Assembly: GCA_964512695.1 (NCBI GenBank)
Contig: CAZEJU010000001.1
Coordinates: 71,803-135,802, forward strand
Direction: 5' to 3'
Source of the DNA: an uncultured Gammaproteobacteria bacterium
GTDB lineage: Bacteria > Patescibacteriota > Microgenomatia > Levybacterales > UBA12049
Length of the DNA stretch: 64,000 nucleotides
Under the pieces are notes generated by a model. The model made no database searches, was not told the DNA's origin, and worked only from the letters and a program-made list of their open reading frames with translations. The position numbers were made by a program, and so were the translations under genes. Positions 43,721-52,896 of the stretch are shown here, one piece after another; the stretch's first letter is position 1, and the number at the start of each line of letters is the position of its first letter.

Positions 43721-44528
43721 ACGCTTCTTCTAATACTTGTACTAAACAATGTATACCGCCGCCTGCTTTTAAAAATTCACTAACATCTGCTTCAATAACT
43801 GCATAACCTAATTCTTTTAACCTGTCGTTAAATGTCGTATGGTTTTTCTGCACAACAACATGGTGATCTGTCACTAAACTATTAGCAGCAAAGCTAGTAA
43901 TTTCATCGTCGGTAAATCTTTGCAGATTTGGAATCATGTTTTTTAATATCTCTTGCGAAGCTTCTGAAAAGGCTGGAGGATAGTAGAACGCGGTATCTTT
44001 ATTAAGTGGAAAAAAAGCTAGATCAAGATGATAAAAACGGGAATCAACCAATTCAAGAGGAACAACATCAATATTTAAAGCCTGGGCTACAAGTTCTGGC
44101 GCTGTTTTAGATGAACGAAAACCAACACCTATAAAAAGAGTATCTCCCACAAATAACGATTCACCAGAACCTTCTAAAAAGCAATCCTTAGGTAAAGTTC
44201 TCAAAAAAAAATTGTTATTTTCAAACCATTTTTTATAAATTGCTGTTTCACCTTGCCGATTTGGATAACGAAAGTTACTTAGGAGAACCTTATTATTTAT
44301 AGTTATTCCTTGATCAGCGCTGAATACCATATCAGGAAAACCTTCAACTGGATCTATAGATATAACGGCAATATTCTGACGCTCTAAAGAAGCTACGAGA
44401 TTCTCCCATTGCTGGATTGCGCGGTTTCTATTAACAGAACCAGGCTTCATCCACGGGTTAATAACATAGTCGACAGAGAAGTAACGTGGATTACACATAA
44501 GAAGTTTCTTTATATATTTCGTTTTCAT
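43713..44528 (-). CDS. Pentein-family guanidino-group hydrolase/amidinotransferase (DDAH/ArgZ N-domain-like)
   Basis: YVINPWM, PDMVF, LEGSGE, FYHLD, EFLKAGGGIHC. Confidence 0.88.
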   Translation of the reverse strand: MKTKYIKKLLMCNPRYFSVDYVINPWMKPGSVNRNRAIQQWENLVASLERQNIAVISIDPVEGFPDMVFSADQGITINNKVLLSNFRYPNRQGETAIYKKWFENNNFFLRTLPKDCFLEGSGESLFVGDTLFIGVGFRSSKTAPELVAQALNIDVVPLELVDSRFYHLDLAFFPLNKDTAFYYPPAFSEASQEILKNMIPNLQRFTDDEITSFAANSLVTDHHVVVQKNHTTFNDRLKELGYAVIEADVSEFLKAGGGIHCLVQVLEEAYE

Positions 44529-44595
44529 AATTTTATTCTCCTTCTCTTCTTACAAGAAAGCATGATAATGTCAAAATGAAGAGTCTGTAGCATTT

Positions 44596-46212
44596 TTACT
44601 TCATTGCCGAGCTATGAATTTTATCTATCGTTTCTCTCGCCACACTCATACTAGTGATAAGATGAACATTCTTCGCGACAGCTTTTTGGCGGATAGTAAA
44701 TCCATCACTTTTCTCATGTTCTTTCGGTCTTCTTCCTGTAGGAATATCGATAATCAAATCAAAACGATTTGCATCTAAAAGATCTGTTAAATTTGGTTTT
44801 CTAGCCTGTGAAATTTTATATATAAGTACAGCTTCAATATTATTTGTTTTGAGGAATTTATGTGTTTTATAAGTGGCGTATAATTTATAACCATTTTCTG
44901 ATAATTTCTTTATATAAGGTAGTAATTTTATTTTGTTTTTTCTACCGCCTATTGTAACAAGAGCGGTTTTTTCACTTCTTCTCGCAAGCTTCATTTGTAA
45001 AGTATAAATTTCTATAAATCCTGCCGAGGCATTTTGATTAAATGCAGTTGAGGCCATAAATGTCGCTAGTTTCTCCTGGAAAATAGAGTTTGGTGTTTCA
45101 GTCGCCACAGGTTCTACTAGTCCTTTATATAATGTAAGTGTTACCTTACCAGTTACTTTCTTATTAACCTGATCTATATACGCATTTAAATCATTCATGA
45201 GCGGTTCATACCAGAGACCGCCGTAGCAAAGATACGCCCATTTCGTATCGACAATTGATTTGAATTCATTTTCCAAACGTGTAGACACATACTTTTCTAG
45301 ATTCCTATGTGCAGTAATTATTATTTCTGCTGCAGGAGCCTCGTATAAACCGCGGACCTTTAATCCGACAACTCGATCTTCTATATGATGAGCTAATCCA
45401 ATCCCATGCTTCGCGCCTATTTCGTTTAGTCGTAATATAATTTGCGATAATTTCATAGGCTTACCATTAAGGGCGACGGGTATACCTTTAATAAACTCCA
45501 ATTCGACTTTTTTAGGTCTATTCGGAGCATTTTCTGGAAGAGTACTTATAAGGAGAATGTTCTCTAAAGGAGGAATTAATGCAGGATTTTCTATCTCTCC
45601 ACCTTCACCAGTTACACCCCACATATTATCATCATATGAATACAGCTTGTCCGCAGTTTGACGAACTGGAATCCCATGTTTTTTTGCATAGAGAATTTCT
45701 TCATCTCTACCCATAGACCATTCGCGGACTGGAGCTATAATCTTAATATCCGGATTAAGTGTTAATGCAGTTCCTTCTATGCGTACTTGATCATTTCCTT
45801 TTCCTGTACAACCATGAGCAATGGTATCTGCGCCTTCTTGGGCTGCAATTTTTACTGCCCATTTAGCTAGAAGAGGTCTGCCAAGTGGAGTGGAAAGATA
45901 ATATCGTCCTTGATAAGAACCATTTGCTTTAATACCCTTGGCTATGTATTCATTCGCGAATTCATCTTTGGCATCAATAACATATGATTTGATAGCGCCG
46001 AGTTTTAATGCTTTGTTTTTAATTTCTTCTAAATCGTCAGTTTGCTGACCTATATCTATGCAGAGCGCGATAACTTCTGCATTATATTCCTCCTGAATCC
46101 ACTTGAGCATTACTGATGTATCAAGACCTCCAGAATAGAGGAGAACTACTTTTTTTACTTCACCCTTTTTCCCCTCGTATGATGCAACTCGTTGATAAAC
46201 GTTATCTTTCAT
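44596..46212 (-). CDS. argG: Argininosuccinate synthase fused to a C-terminal MGS-like (CarB allosteric) domain
   Basis: LYSGGLDTS, HGCTGKGNDQVR, APVREW; ~130-aa tail with GYKLYAT, DLIID, DGFTIRQKAV. Confidence 0.9.
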   Translation of the reverse strand: MKDNVYQRVASYEGKKGEVKKVVLLYSGGLDTSVMLKWIQEEYNAEVIALCIDIGQQTDDLEEIKNKALKLGAIKSYVIDAKDEFANEYIAKGIKANGSYQGRYYLSTPLGRPLLAKWAVKIAAQEGADTIAHGCTGKGNDQVRIEGTALTLNPDIKIIAPVREWSMGRDEEILYAKKHGIPVRQTADKLYSYDDNMWGVTGEGGEIENPALIPPLENILLISTLPENAPNRPKKVELEFIKGIPVALNGKPMKLSQIILRLNEIGAKHGIGLAHHIEDRVVGLKVRGLYEAPAAEIIITAHRNLEKYVSTRLENEFKSIVDTKWAYLCYGGLWYEPLMNDLNAYIDQVNKKVTGKVTLTLYKGLVEPVATETPNSIFQEKLATFMASTAFNQNASAGFIEIYTLQMKLARRSEKTALVTIGGRKNKIKLLPYIKKLSENGYKLYATYKTHKFLKTNNIEAVLIYKISQARKPNLTDLLDANRFDLIIDIPTGRRPKEHEKSDGFTIRQKAVAKNVHLITSMSVARETIDKIHSSAMK

Positions 46213-46217
46213 AAATC

Positions 46218-46241
46218 AAAAAAAAAGACCTTTCGGTCTTT
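46218..46241 (-). terminator. Intrinsic terminator (attenuator) immediately before the argG start
   Basis: AAAGACC-GAAA-GGTCTTT running into a U9 tract that ends 5 nt before ATG. Confidence 0.8.
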
Positions 46242-46329
46242 AAACTAAAAAATTAAGTAACTGATGCTTCTCAATGCATACGTTTTCTAAAAAATCTGTA
46301 AATATTTGAGAAAAATTGCTTTTTACCAT
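46240..46329 (-). CDS. 29-aa leader peptide (pyrL-like, not in ORF track)
   Basis: MVKSNFSQIFTDFLENVCIEKHQLLNFLV*; stop codon overlaps the terminator stem; U5/U6/U6 tracts. Confidence 0.65.
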   Translation of the reverse strand: MVKSNFSQIFTDFLENVCIEKHQLLNFLV

Positions 46330-46336
46330 TACAGTT

Positions 46337-46365
46337 ACTGTAAAGAATTACATGATATATGTCAA
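46337..46365 (-). promoter_or_regulatory. Sigma70 promoter of the argG-pyr operon
   Basis: TTGACA-17nt-TACAGT, 7 nt before the leader ATG. Confidence 0.75.
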
Positions 46366-46384
46366 CTATAAAAAACTGTATCAC

Positions 46385-46468
46385 TACTAACTACTAACTA
46401 CTAACTACTAACTCATGACTCATAACAGGTAACTCGTAACTCATAATTCACAATTTGTAACTGCAAAC
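46385..46468. repeat. Heptamer tandem array (CTAACTA)n drifting into CTCATAA/CTCGTAA units
   Basis: Read directly. Confidence 0.8.
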
Positions 46469-46710
46469 TAAGATTATAATTGACCGCCTAAAAACAATTT
46501 AGTACAATCTCATGAGATAAAGAACTAAGACAAACTATCATGCAGTTTGTTTTTTCGTTTTTTAGCCTACATGTAATTCGCACGTTAATACTGCATAAAA
46601 AGTCACGGCAGAGAGAGGAGAAAATGACTGTCTCTTTTGTCTGCCGTGACTTTATGGGATAAGTTACGGTGGCCACGGGACCAATCCCGAAATACCTCAT
46701 AGGAGAGGTT

Positions 46711-46857
46711 ATGGCTAAGAAAAAGCCAGGAGTGGTGCAACATCCTCGAAAGCGTGAACATCGAGACAAGCCCAAGCCGAAAGCGATCATGAAGAACGCG
46801 CGGAAATGGGATGCACGAGCAAAAATGTCTGCTCGAGAGAACGCACCGCCTGACTAA
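46711..46857 (+). CDS. 48-aa very basic small protein between two GC-rich hairpins
   Basis: AGGAGAGG SD; MAKKKPGVVQHPRKREHRDKPKPK...; hairpins at 46599-46653 and 46904-46932. Confidence 0.6.
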   Translation: MAKKKPGVVQHPRKREHRDKPKPKAIMKNARKWDARAKMSARENAPPD

Positions 46858-46987
46858 ACCATCACACTCTCGACTTAACCCTAAGTTTGCAGTACCGTGT
46901 TCGGGGGCAGCAGACATCTGTCTGCTGTCCCCACAGTTGTTAATTATCCCTTTGACAATTCATCGTCATTTTCGGTAATATATCTCT

Positions 46988-47761
46988 ATGAAACAGATTC
47001 CACCATCTGTACAAACATCACTTTTAACTGTTCTTTTTACATTCTTTTTCCTCTATATTTTTGCCCGGCTCTTCGGTCCAATACCTTTCTCAGTAAACAG
47101 TATTACAACACTGAAATCTGACTTATTTACTGTAAGTGGAGAAGGGGAGGCGACTGCAGTTCCTGATACTGCAGTACTTAATTTAGGAATTACAGAAAAC
47201 GCTTCAACAGTAGAGCAAGCAAAAAATAGCGTTAATGAAAAAGCTAATCAAATAATAGAAGCATTTAAAGAACTCGGTATAGAAGAAAAGAATATTAAAA
47301 CTACAAATTATTCAGTTTACCCAAATTATGACTATACGAATGGAAAAGAGAGGATTACAGGATATAATGTTTTTCAAAACCTCGAAGTAGAAGTTTCTCC
47401 CATAGAAAAAGCAAATCAAGCTGTAGATGTAGCAACTGAAAACGGTGCGAATATGATGGGGAATATACGATTTACGCTCAATGATGAAGATAGAGAAAAA
47501 CTTGAAATGCAGGCTCGAGAGAATGCTATTAGAAAAGCTAAAAGTAAAGCTTCCTCTATCGCTAATGCTTCCGGAATCCGGCTAGGAAAACTTATTAATG
47601 TTTCAGAAGCTAATGAGCAAGTATATCCTCCGATTTTGTATGATGAAAAATCTATAGCATTACAGGAAGGTGGAAATAGAACAGAAGCTCAAACAACAGG
47701 TTTACAGCCTGGTGAAAACAGTATAAAAGTATCCGTCACCCTCTCCTACGAAACTTTATAA
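46988..47761 (+). CDS. SIMPL/DUF541 domain protein
   Basis: VSGEGEATAVPD, IKTTNYSVYP, AIRKAKSKA, PGE. Confidence 0.9.
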   Translation: MKQIPPSVQTSLLTVLFTFFFLYIFARLFGPIPFSVNSITTLKSDLFTVSGEGEATAVPDTAVLNLGITENASTVEQAKNSVNEKANQIIEAFKELGIEEKNIKTTNYSVYPNYDYTNGKERITGYNVFQNLEVEVSPIEKANQAVDVATENGANMMGNIRFTLNDEDREKLEMQARENAIRKAKSKASSIANASGIRLGKLINVSEANEQVYPPILYDEKSIALQEGGNRTEAQTTGLQPGENSIKVSVTLSYETL

Positions 47762-47811
47762 TCTTTCCTGGATTAAAGTGAAATTGTAGCACGAGAATCT
47801 AAAAGATTTGG

Positions 47812-48747
47812 TTACTTATTCCCTGAATGAAAGGATTTATGGACATCACGTAATTGTTTATTCGTAACATGCGTATAGATTTGGGTAGTAGCGATATTTT
47901 TATGACCAAGCATTTCCTGAACTGAACGTAAATCCGCGCCATTACTGAGTAAATCAGTCGCAAATGAATGCCGTAAAGTATGCACAGAAGCATCTACAGG
48001 TAGGCGAGCCATCTTTACATACTTTTTAACCATACGCTCTACACTTCTCACAGTTAAACGCATCTTTTCCCCGTCATTTTCCGATTCAATTCTTCCGGAA
48101 TAACGAATAAATAATGGCCGATATCTATCAGTTCGAACTTCCAAGTATCTCCCTAACCAGTCCACCGCCCTGTCAGATACGAATACGACACGAGCCCGTC
48201 CACCTTTTCCTATAATACCGAATTCGCCTCTATCAAAATTAATCTGGTCATGATTAAGTTTTACTAACTCTGATACGCGTAATCCTGTAGAGAAGAGTAG
48301 TTCTAAGATCGCACGATCCCGGAGGCCGTCTTCTTTCGATGTGTCTGGCATAGTAACCAGTTTTTCTACTTGTTCACGATCAAGAAACTTAAGTGACTTA
48401 CTTTCCGCTTTAGGAAGTTCAAGCTTAGCAGGTTCGACGGTTTTAAAGTCATTTTTAATAAGATACTTTAAAAATGATCTAAGGGCTATAACATAATAGT
48501 TTTGTGTGACACGCTTAATTGTCCGGCCTTTATCGTCAGTTTTATTTACCAAGTAAATTCTGTAGCGACGGATGATTTGTAAATCCAAATCTTCAAACTT
48601 CTTTTCAGGATAATTCTTTTTTAACCACTCAGAAAAAGTCCCAAGATATAACTTATAATTACGAATTGTTAGCTTCGAACAATTCCTTTCAACTTCTAAG
48701 TATTCCAAGAAATCCTGGATTAGTTCTGGAAGGCGGGGAGCAGACAT
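47812..48747 (-). CDS. XerC/XerD-family tyrosine recombinase
   Basis: RDRAILELLFSTGLRVSEL, GKGG, HTLRHSFAT, LGH, TTQIY; TTGACA-17nt-TACAGT promoter 7 nt before ATG. Confidence 0.93.
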   Translation of the reverse strand: MSAPRLPELIQDFLEYLEVERNCSKLTIRNYKLYLGTFSEWLKKNYPEKKFEDLDLQIIRRYRIYLVNKTDDKGRTIKRVTQNYYVIALRSFLKYLIKNDFKTVEPAKLELPKAESKSLKFLDREQVEKLVTMPDTSKEDGLRDRAILELLFSTGLRVSELVKLNHDQINFDRGEFGIIGKGGRARVVFVSDRAVDWLGRYLEVRTDRYRPLFIRYSGRIESENDGEKMRLTVRSVERMVKKYVKMARLPVDASVHTLRHSFATDLLSNGADLRSVQEMLGHKNIATTQIYTHVTNKQLRDVHKSFHSGNK

Positions 48748-48805
48748 AGTATCTACTGTACAAAAAACATAGGATAATGTCAACTATTGTGCGACGCGGG
48801 ATTGT

Positions 48806-49339
48806 TTATAAGGATAGTAAAGAAGATACCCAATACAATGCGATATATAACAAAATCACACTTCTAAAAAAGAGATTCCTTTTACTTTTTACTAATGACT
48901 TCCGCGAAGAATCGACAAAGGGTTGTTTGATTACATACCATCCAAATAATAAAAATGAGAGTACTACAAGTACCCTAAGTGCTGTAGTACTGATATGTAC
49001 AACTTTATAAAATATATAAAAAAACTCGTTGTAATTTCTTTGAAACGGTAGGACCCGCCAAGGTAATAAAAAATCAAAATTACTCATGAAAATTTCAAAA
49101 GCCATACATCCCGCAGCAAAACTTATTAAGATTCTGTAGATGAGTTTATATTTGGTAAAAATAAAAAAAAGTAACGTCCCGAGAAAAATCCCCGCTACTA
49201 TACTGGTAAGAGCTTCTAGTGTAAAAATATTGAAAGTACGATAGTACCCGCAAATCGGCATTCCATAGTACCTATACCCTTCGGGTGGTACATAATCGAT
49301 ATACGGCGTACACGCATATGCTTTCGGAATAAGTTCCAT
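48806..49339 (-). CDS. Hypothetical multi-TM protein
   Basis: Four hydrophobic segments. Confidence 0.65.
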   Translation of the reverse strand: MELIPKAYACTPYIDYVPPEGYRYYGMPICGYYRTFNIFTLEALTSIVAGIFLGTLLFFIFTKYKLIYRILISFAAGCMAFEIFMSNFDFLLPWRVLPFQRNYNEFFYIFYKVVHISTTALRVLVVLSFLLFGWYVIKQPFVDSSRKSLVKSKRNLFFRSVILLYIALYWVSSLLSL

Positions 49340-49386
49340 AGGTTAGTATGGGAACATTTTATCGATATTGTCAATGGAAGGATGTA

Positions 49387-49989
49387 TTAACACTTTCCTT
49401 GAGGAATATTAATAATAACTGTCTTATACTCTAGTGCTTTAAGAAGCGTAGTGAGCTGATTTCTTCCATTCTTAGATGCTTCCTGTAGAATGCCACCATT
49501 ACAAGCTGCTTGTTTAATAGTATCTTCTGCTACTTTACGTGCCTTCGATTCTAAGTCTTTGTTTCCTTTTGTTAATAAACCTTGTTTTCTATCATACACA
49601 CGTGTTTCTTCATTATTTAGCTTAGAAACTAATATTTCTGCCGCGGGAAGTGTTAACCGAATAGTATCGCCATCAATTTGTATTGACTTATCATCCAATA
49701 TCGAGAGATCAAAACCAGCAATAACTTCTCCATGAGCTATTAAAAGGATTTGATCTCCAAATAAAAACTCTTGGAATACATTCCCACTTGTACCCGCATC
49801 AATCACTTTTTCAATAGTAAATGAGGCTGTTTCAAGTCTCTGCAACGACTGAATCTGCTTGATAACTGTTTGTCTACTAACTTTAAAAATAGTAGGGGAG
49901 GGTGAGAAGAAAGCTTTAAGCCCTAAAATTAAAGTAATAAAAGGTATAAAAAGCAAAATTATTAATAATACCGTAAGTTGTTTCTTCAT
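49387..49989 (-). CDS. DUF4230-like membrane-anchored protein
   Basis: LET, AHGEVIAGFDL, LPAAEI, GILQEA. Confidence 0.8.
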   Translation of the reverse strand: MKKQLTVLLIILLFIPFITLILGLKAFFSPSPTIFKVSRQTVIKQIQSLQRLETASFTIEKVIDAGTSGNVFQEFLFGDQILLIAHGEVIAGFDLSILDDKSIQIDGDTIRLTLPAAEILVSKLNNEETRVYDRKQGLLTKGNKDLESKARKVAEDTIKQAACNGGILQEASKNGRNQLTTLLKALEYKTVIINIPQGKC

Positions 49990-51112
49990 TTGCTCTAATT
50001 ATAAAAATATTTATTTCGTAAAACAAGTGAAAAACCGGTGGAGAAGTCTTCCGTGAAAATTAATTTTCACGAGATGTTAAAAAATCATTATATCTTAGTC
50101 ATAGCTATCTACTGGATATACTACAGAACTATGTATTTATCAAGTCAAATCATCAACTTTATAAATTCTTAGAAACAATGAGTGATTACATAGTTATCAT
50201 TTATTTCCCGAGGTGTAGATATAGTTTAACCCCCGGGGTTAGAAAGTCGATGTAAGGAATATGTAGGTTACTTATTCTAAAATCTGTCTGGAAAGGCTTT
50301 CTTTTTTTGCTTAAATTATCACATAAAAACAAGGCTAAAATGAAGGCCGTAGAATGCCCTAGAAAGGTTTTATTTTATGAAGACGGCTAATATGTCATCG
50401 ATAATTTCCATGAAAAATGTCTTCCCTAATGAAAAAAAACCGGGGAAGATACAACTGTGAAAAACCTTACAAAAATAGCCTCAAAAAAGCTGCATGAAAT
50501 CAAAGATAAACCTATAGTTAAAATTTGAATGGATTTCTACGTACACGCACTAAAAGGTAATATAGATGAGTTAGTAATCACTTATTTACGTGCATAATAA
50601 CAAAATAATACGGTATGTTTTTAAGATTAAGTAAAACCTCTTCTCCGGTTTCTGAACTTACGTAACGTCGTAAAAGTTATATTGTTCGACGTTACAGTTT
50701 AACGGGCAATCCCAAGGAGAGTAGTATGAAATGAAGACATGACAAAGTGTACTAAAGTAAAGCCGAAGATAAAGCTACTTCTCTTAAGCAAATGGACATA
50801 GTAAGCCTCCTCCCCAAGAAACACCAGAATACACTGTAGAAACCTATTTTCGTATTTTTTTCATATTTATGTGCGTATTTTCCCCACGCGGTAGGACACC
50901 TATCACTTGAAAGACACAATCGCTTAGCCTCTGTACCTGCCTTACTTTGATGTTTCTTTACGTGCCACAGTCAGCTTTGTGAAAAGTGAAGGTATATCGT
51001 GAAAAGTTTTATATAAAGGCCTATAATTTTAATATACCTTTCTATATAAAACTATATCATTTAGCCTCAGAGACTCTCCTCTCTTCCCTAGTTTCTAAAC
51101 ATTAAAACTAGA

Positions 51113-51238
51113 CTAACTACTAACTTCTAACTGCTAACTACTAACTTCTAACTGCTAACTACTAACTACTAACTGCTAACTGCTAACTGCTAACTGCTAA
51201 CGACTAACTTCTAACTACTAACTTCTACCTTCTGACTC
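51113..51238. repeat. 18-unit heptamer tandem array CTAACT(A/G/T)
   Basis: Counted unit by unit. Confidence 0.95.
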
Positions 51239-51265
51239 GTAAGTGGGAAAACTCCTCTATCGTAC

Positions 51266-52117
51266 CTATTTCCCCCACTGAGTGAAACCTAGTAAAACTA
51301 AAAATACTATGACGCAAATCCAAACATATTCCCAAAGAACACCACGAAATAACCTTCTTTCATACCATATATGCGATAACCCCACGAGTGTCGAAAAAAA
51401 CCCAGTAAGAAAAATAGAAATAATATGAGGTCCACTCGGCCAAAACCATAATATCGCAGCAGCTTCAATTAAACACAATGTCACACTTCCACTCCAAAGA
51501 TGCAGTGAGGGGTATTCAGTTTTTTGCAAAGCATATGTCCGTATTGATTGATATACAAGCGGAAATGTATATAAAGATAACAGCGCAACCATTAAATATA
51601 CAGGTAAATGCAGAGAAAAAACTGTATCCGTTAAGAAAAAATACGACAAGATCGTAATTATAAACGAAACAATTCTAGCTCCTGATAACAAAGCAATTGT
51701 TCTTGCGGACGATACAATAAATACATTTTGACTTAAAAAAAGTGAATAGAGACCAAGCGCATATACTGTTACCGCAATAAGTCTCGCAATTAAGTTTGAT
51801 GGGAGCAAAAAATAGAACATCGTAAACGCAAAACTATAGAAAAAAGGTAATACGAAAACGCTTCCAAGAAAACTTTCCTTAAGATTTGTATATATGCTCC
51901 ACAGAAGAAACAAATCAGTTATACAAGCTAAACCTAATGCGACAAAAACAGCGTACTTACCTGCTTCAACGCTGCTACTAGCGAAAAGTCCAATAGATAA
52001 GAAGATAACAGCGATAACAAACTTTTGTCTTTTAGAAATAGTAATAGACACAGTCTTTTTTTGCAGTTTTTTTTGCCTTAAAACAGGTTGTTGTCTTGGC
52101 TGAAGAGTAAATTTCAT
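51266..52117 (-). CDS. Polytopic membrane protein, unknown function
   Basis: About nine TM segments. Confidence 0.75.
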   Translation of the reverse strand: MKFTLQPRQQPVLRQKKLQKKTVSITISKRQKFVIAVIFLSIGLFASSSVEAGKYAVFVALGLACITDLFLLWSIYTNLKESFLGSVFVLPFFYSFAFTMFYFLLPSNLIARLIAVTVYALGLYSLFLSQNVFIVSSARTIALLSGARIVSFIITILSYFFLTDTVFSLHLPVYLMVALLSLYTFPLVYQSIRTYALQKTEYPSLHLWSGSVTLCLIEAAAILWFWPSGPHIISIFLTGFFSTLVGLSHIWYERRLFRGVLWEYVWICVIVFLVLLGFTQWGK

Positions 52118-52136
52118 TTCAGTAACTGATAGCCGG

Positions 52137-52889
52137 TTACAGTAATTCTTTCCCTATCTCATCCGGTATATCAAAGTTTGCGTATATTTTCTGGATGTCA
52201 TCCATCTCCTCAAGCCTTTCGACGAATGCAAGAGCTTTACTTGCTGCTTCTTTATCCATTATTTGGACAGTTGTTAAAGGAACTCGTATAAATTCGAAGT
52301 TTTTAACAGTTAACCCTTGGGTTTGGAGTGAATCCCGAACTTTACCAAGATCTTCAGGTTTTGTATAAATAAGAATTTCATCGCCAGCTTCCTCAACATC
52401 TTCTGCTCCTGCATCTGCAGACATCAGAAAAACATCATCCAAAGCATATCCATTTTTTTCTATAGAAAGTATCCCTTTCTGAGTAAATTGATATTGGACA
52501 GAACCAGGAGTTCCTAACCTACCACCCATCTTTTCAACTTTACTTTTTACTTCTGGCGTTGTCCGCATTTTATTATCTGTAATAGCTTCAATAATCATAC
52601 TAAAACCACCCGGACCAAAACCTTCATACACAATCTCCTCCATTTCATTTGCGTCTTTCCCAGCTGCCCTTTGCATAGCTCTATCGATATTATCTTTTGG
52701 CATATTCGCTGCACGAGCGATATCTACAGCGAGTCTTAAACGGGGGTTACTGTTTGGATCGGCTACTCCTCCACCCTGCCGAACAGCTATCGTAATGGAT
52801 TTTGACAACTTGGTAAAAAGCTGACCTCGTTTAGCATCAGCTGCACCTTTTTGACGTTTAATAGTGGACCACTTTGAATGACCAGACAT
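52137..52889 (-). CDS. yebC: YebC/PmpR family protein
   Basis: MSGHSKW, NPRLR, YEGFGPGG, TDN. Confidence 0.95.
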   Translation of the reverse strand: MSGHSKWSTIKRQKGAADAKRGQLFTKLSKSITIAVRQGGGVADPNSNPRLRLAVDIARAANMPKDNIDRAMQRAAGKDANEMEEIVYEGFGPGGFSMIIEAITDNKMRTTPEVKSKVEKMGGRLGTPGSVQYQFTQKGILSIEKNGYALDDVFLMSADAGAEDVEEAGDEILIYTKPEDLGKVRDSLQTQGLTVKNFEFIRVPLTTVQIMDKEAASKALAFVERLEEMDDIQKIYANFDIPDEIGKELL

Positions 52890-52896
52890 ACATAGA

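Noticed and set aside
47812-48747. Prophage or ICE integrase
   Set aside because: Size and motifs fit chromosomal XerC/D; no phage or conjugation genes or att repeats nearby
50575-50615. dif site
   Set aside because: GTGCATAAT resembles a XerC arm but no TTATGTTAAA-like XerD arm follows
51113-51238. CRISPR array
   Set aside because: 7-bp tandem units with no unique spacers; no cas genes in the window
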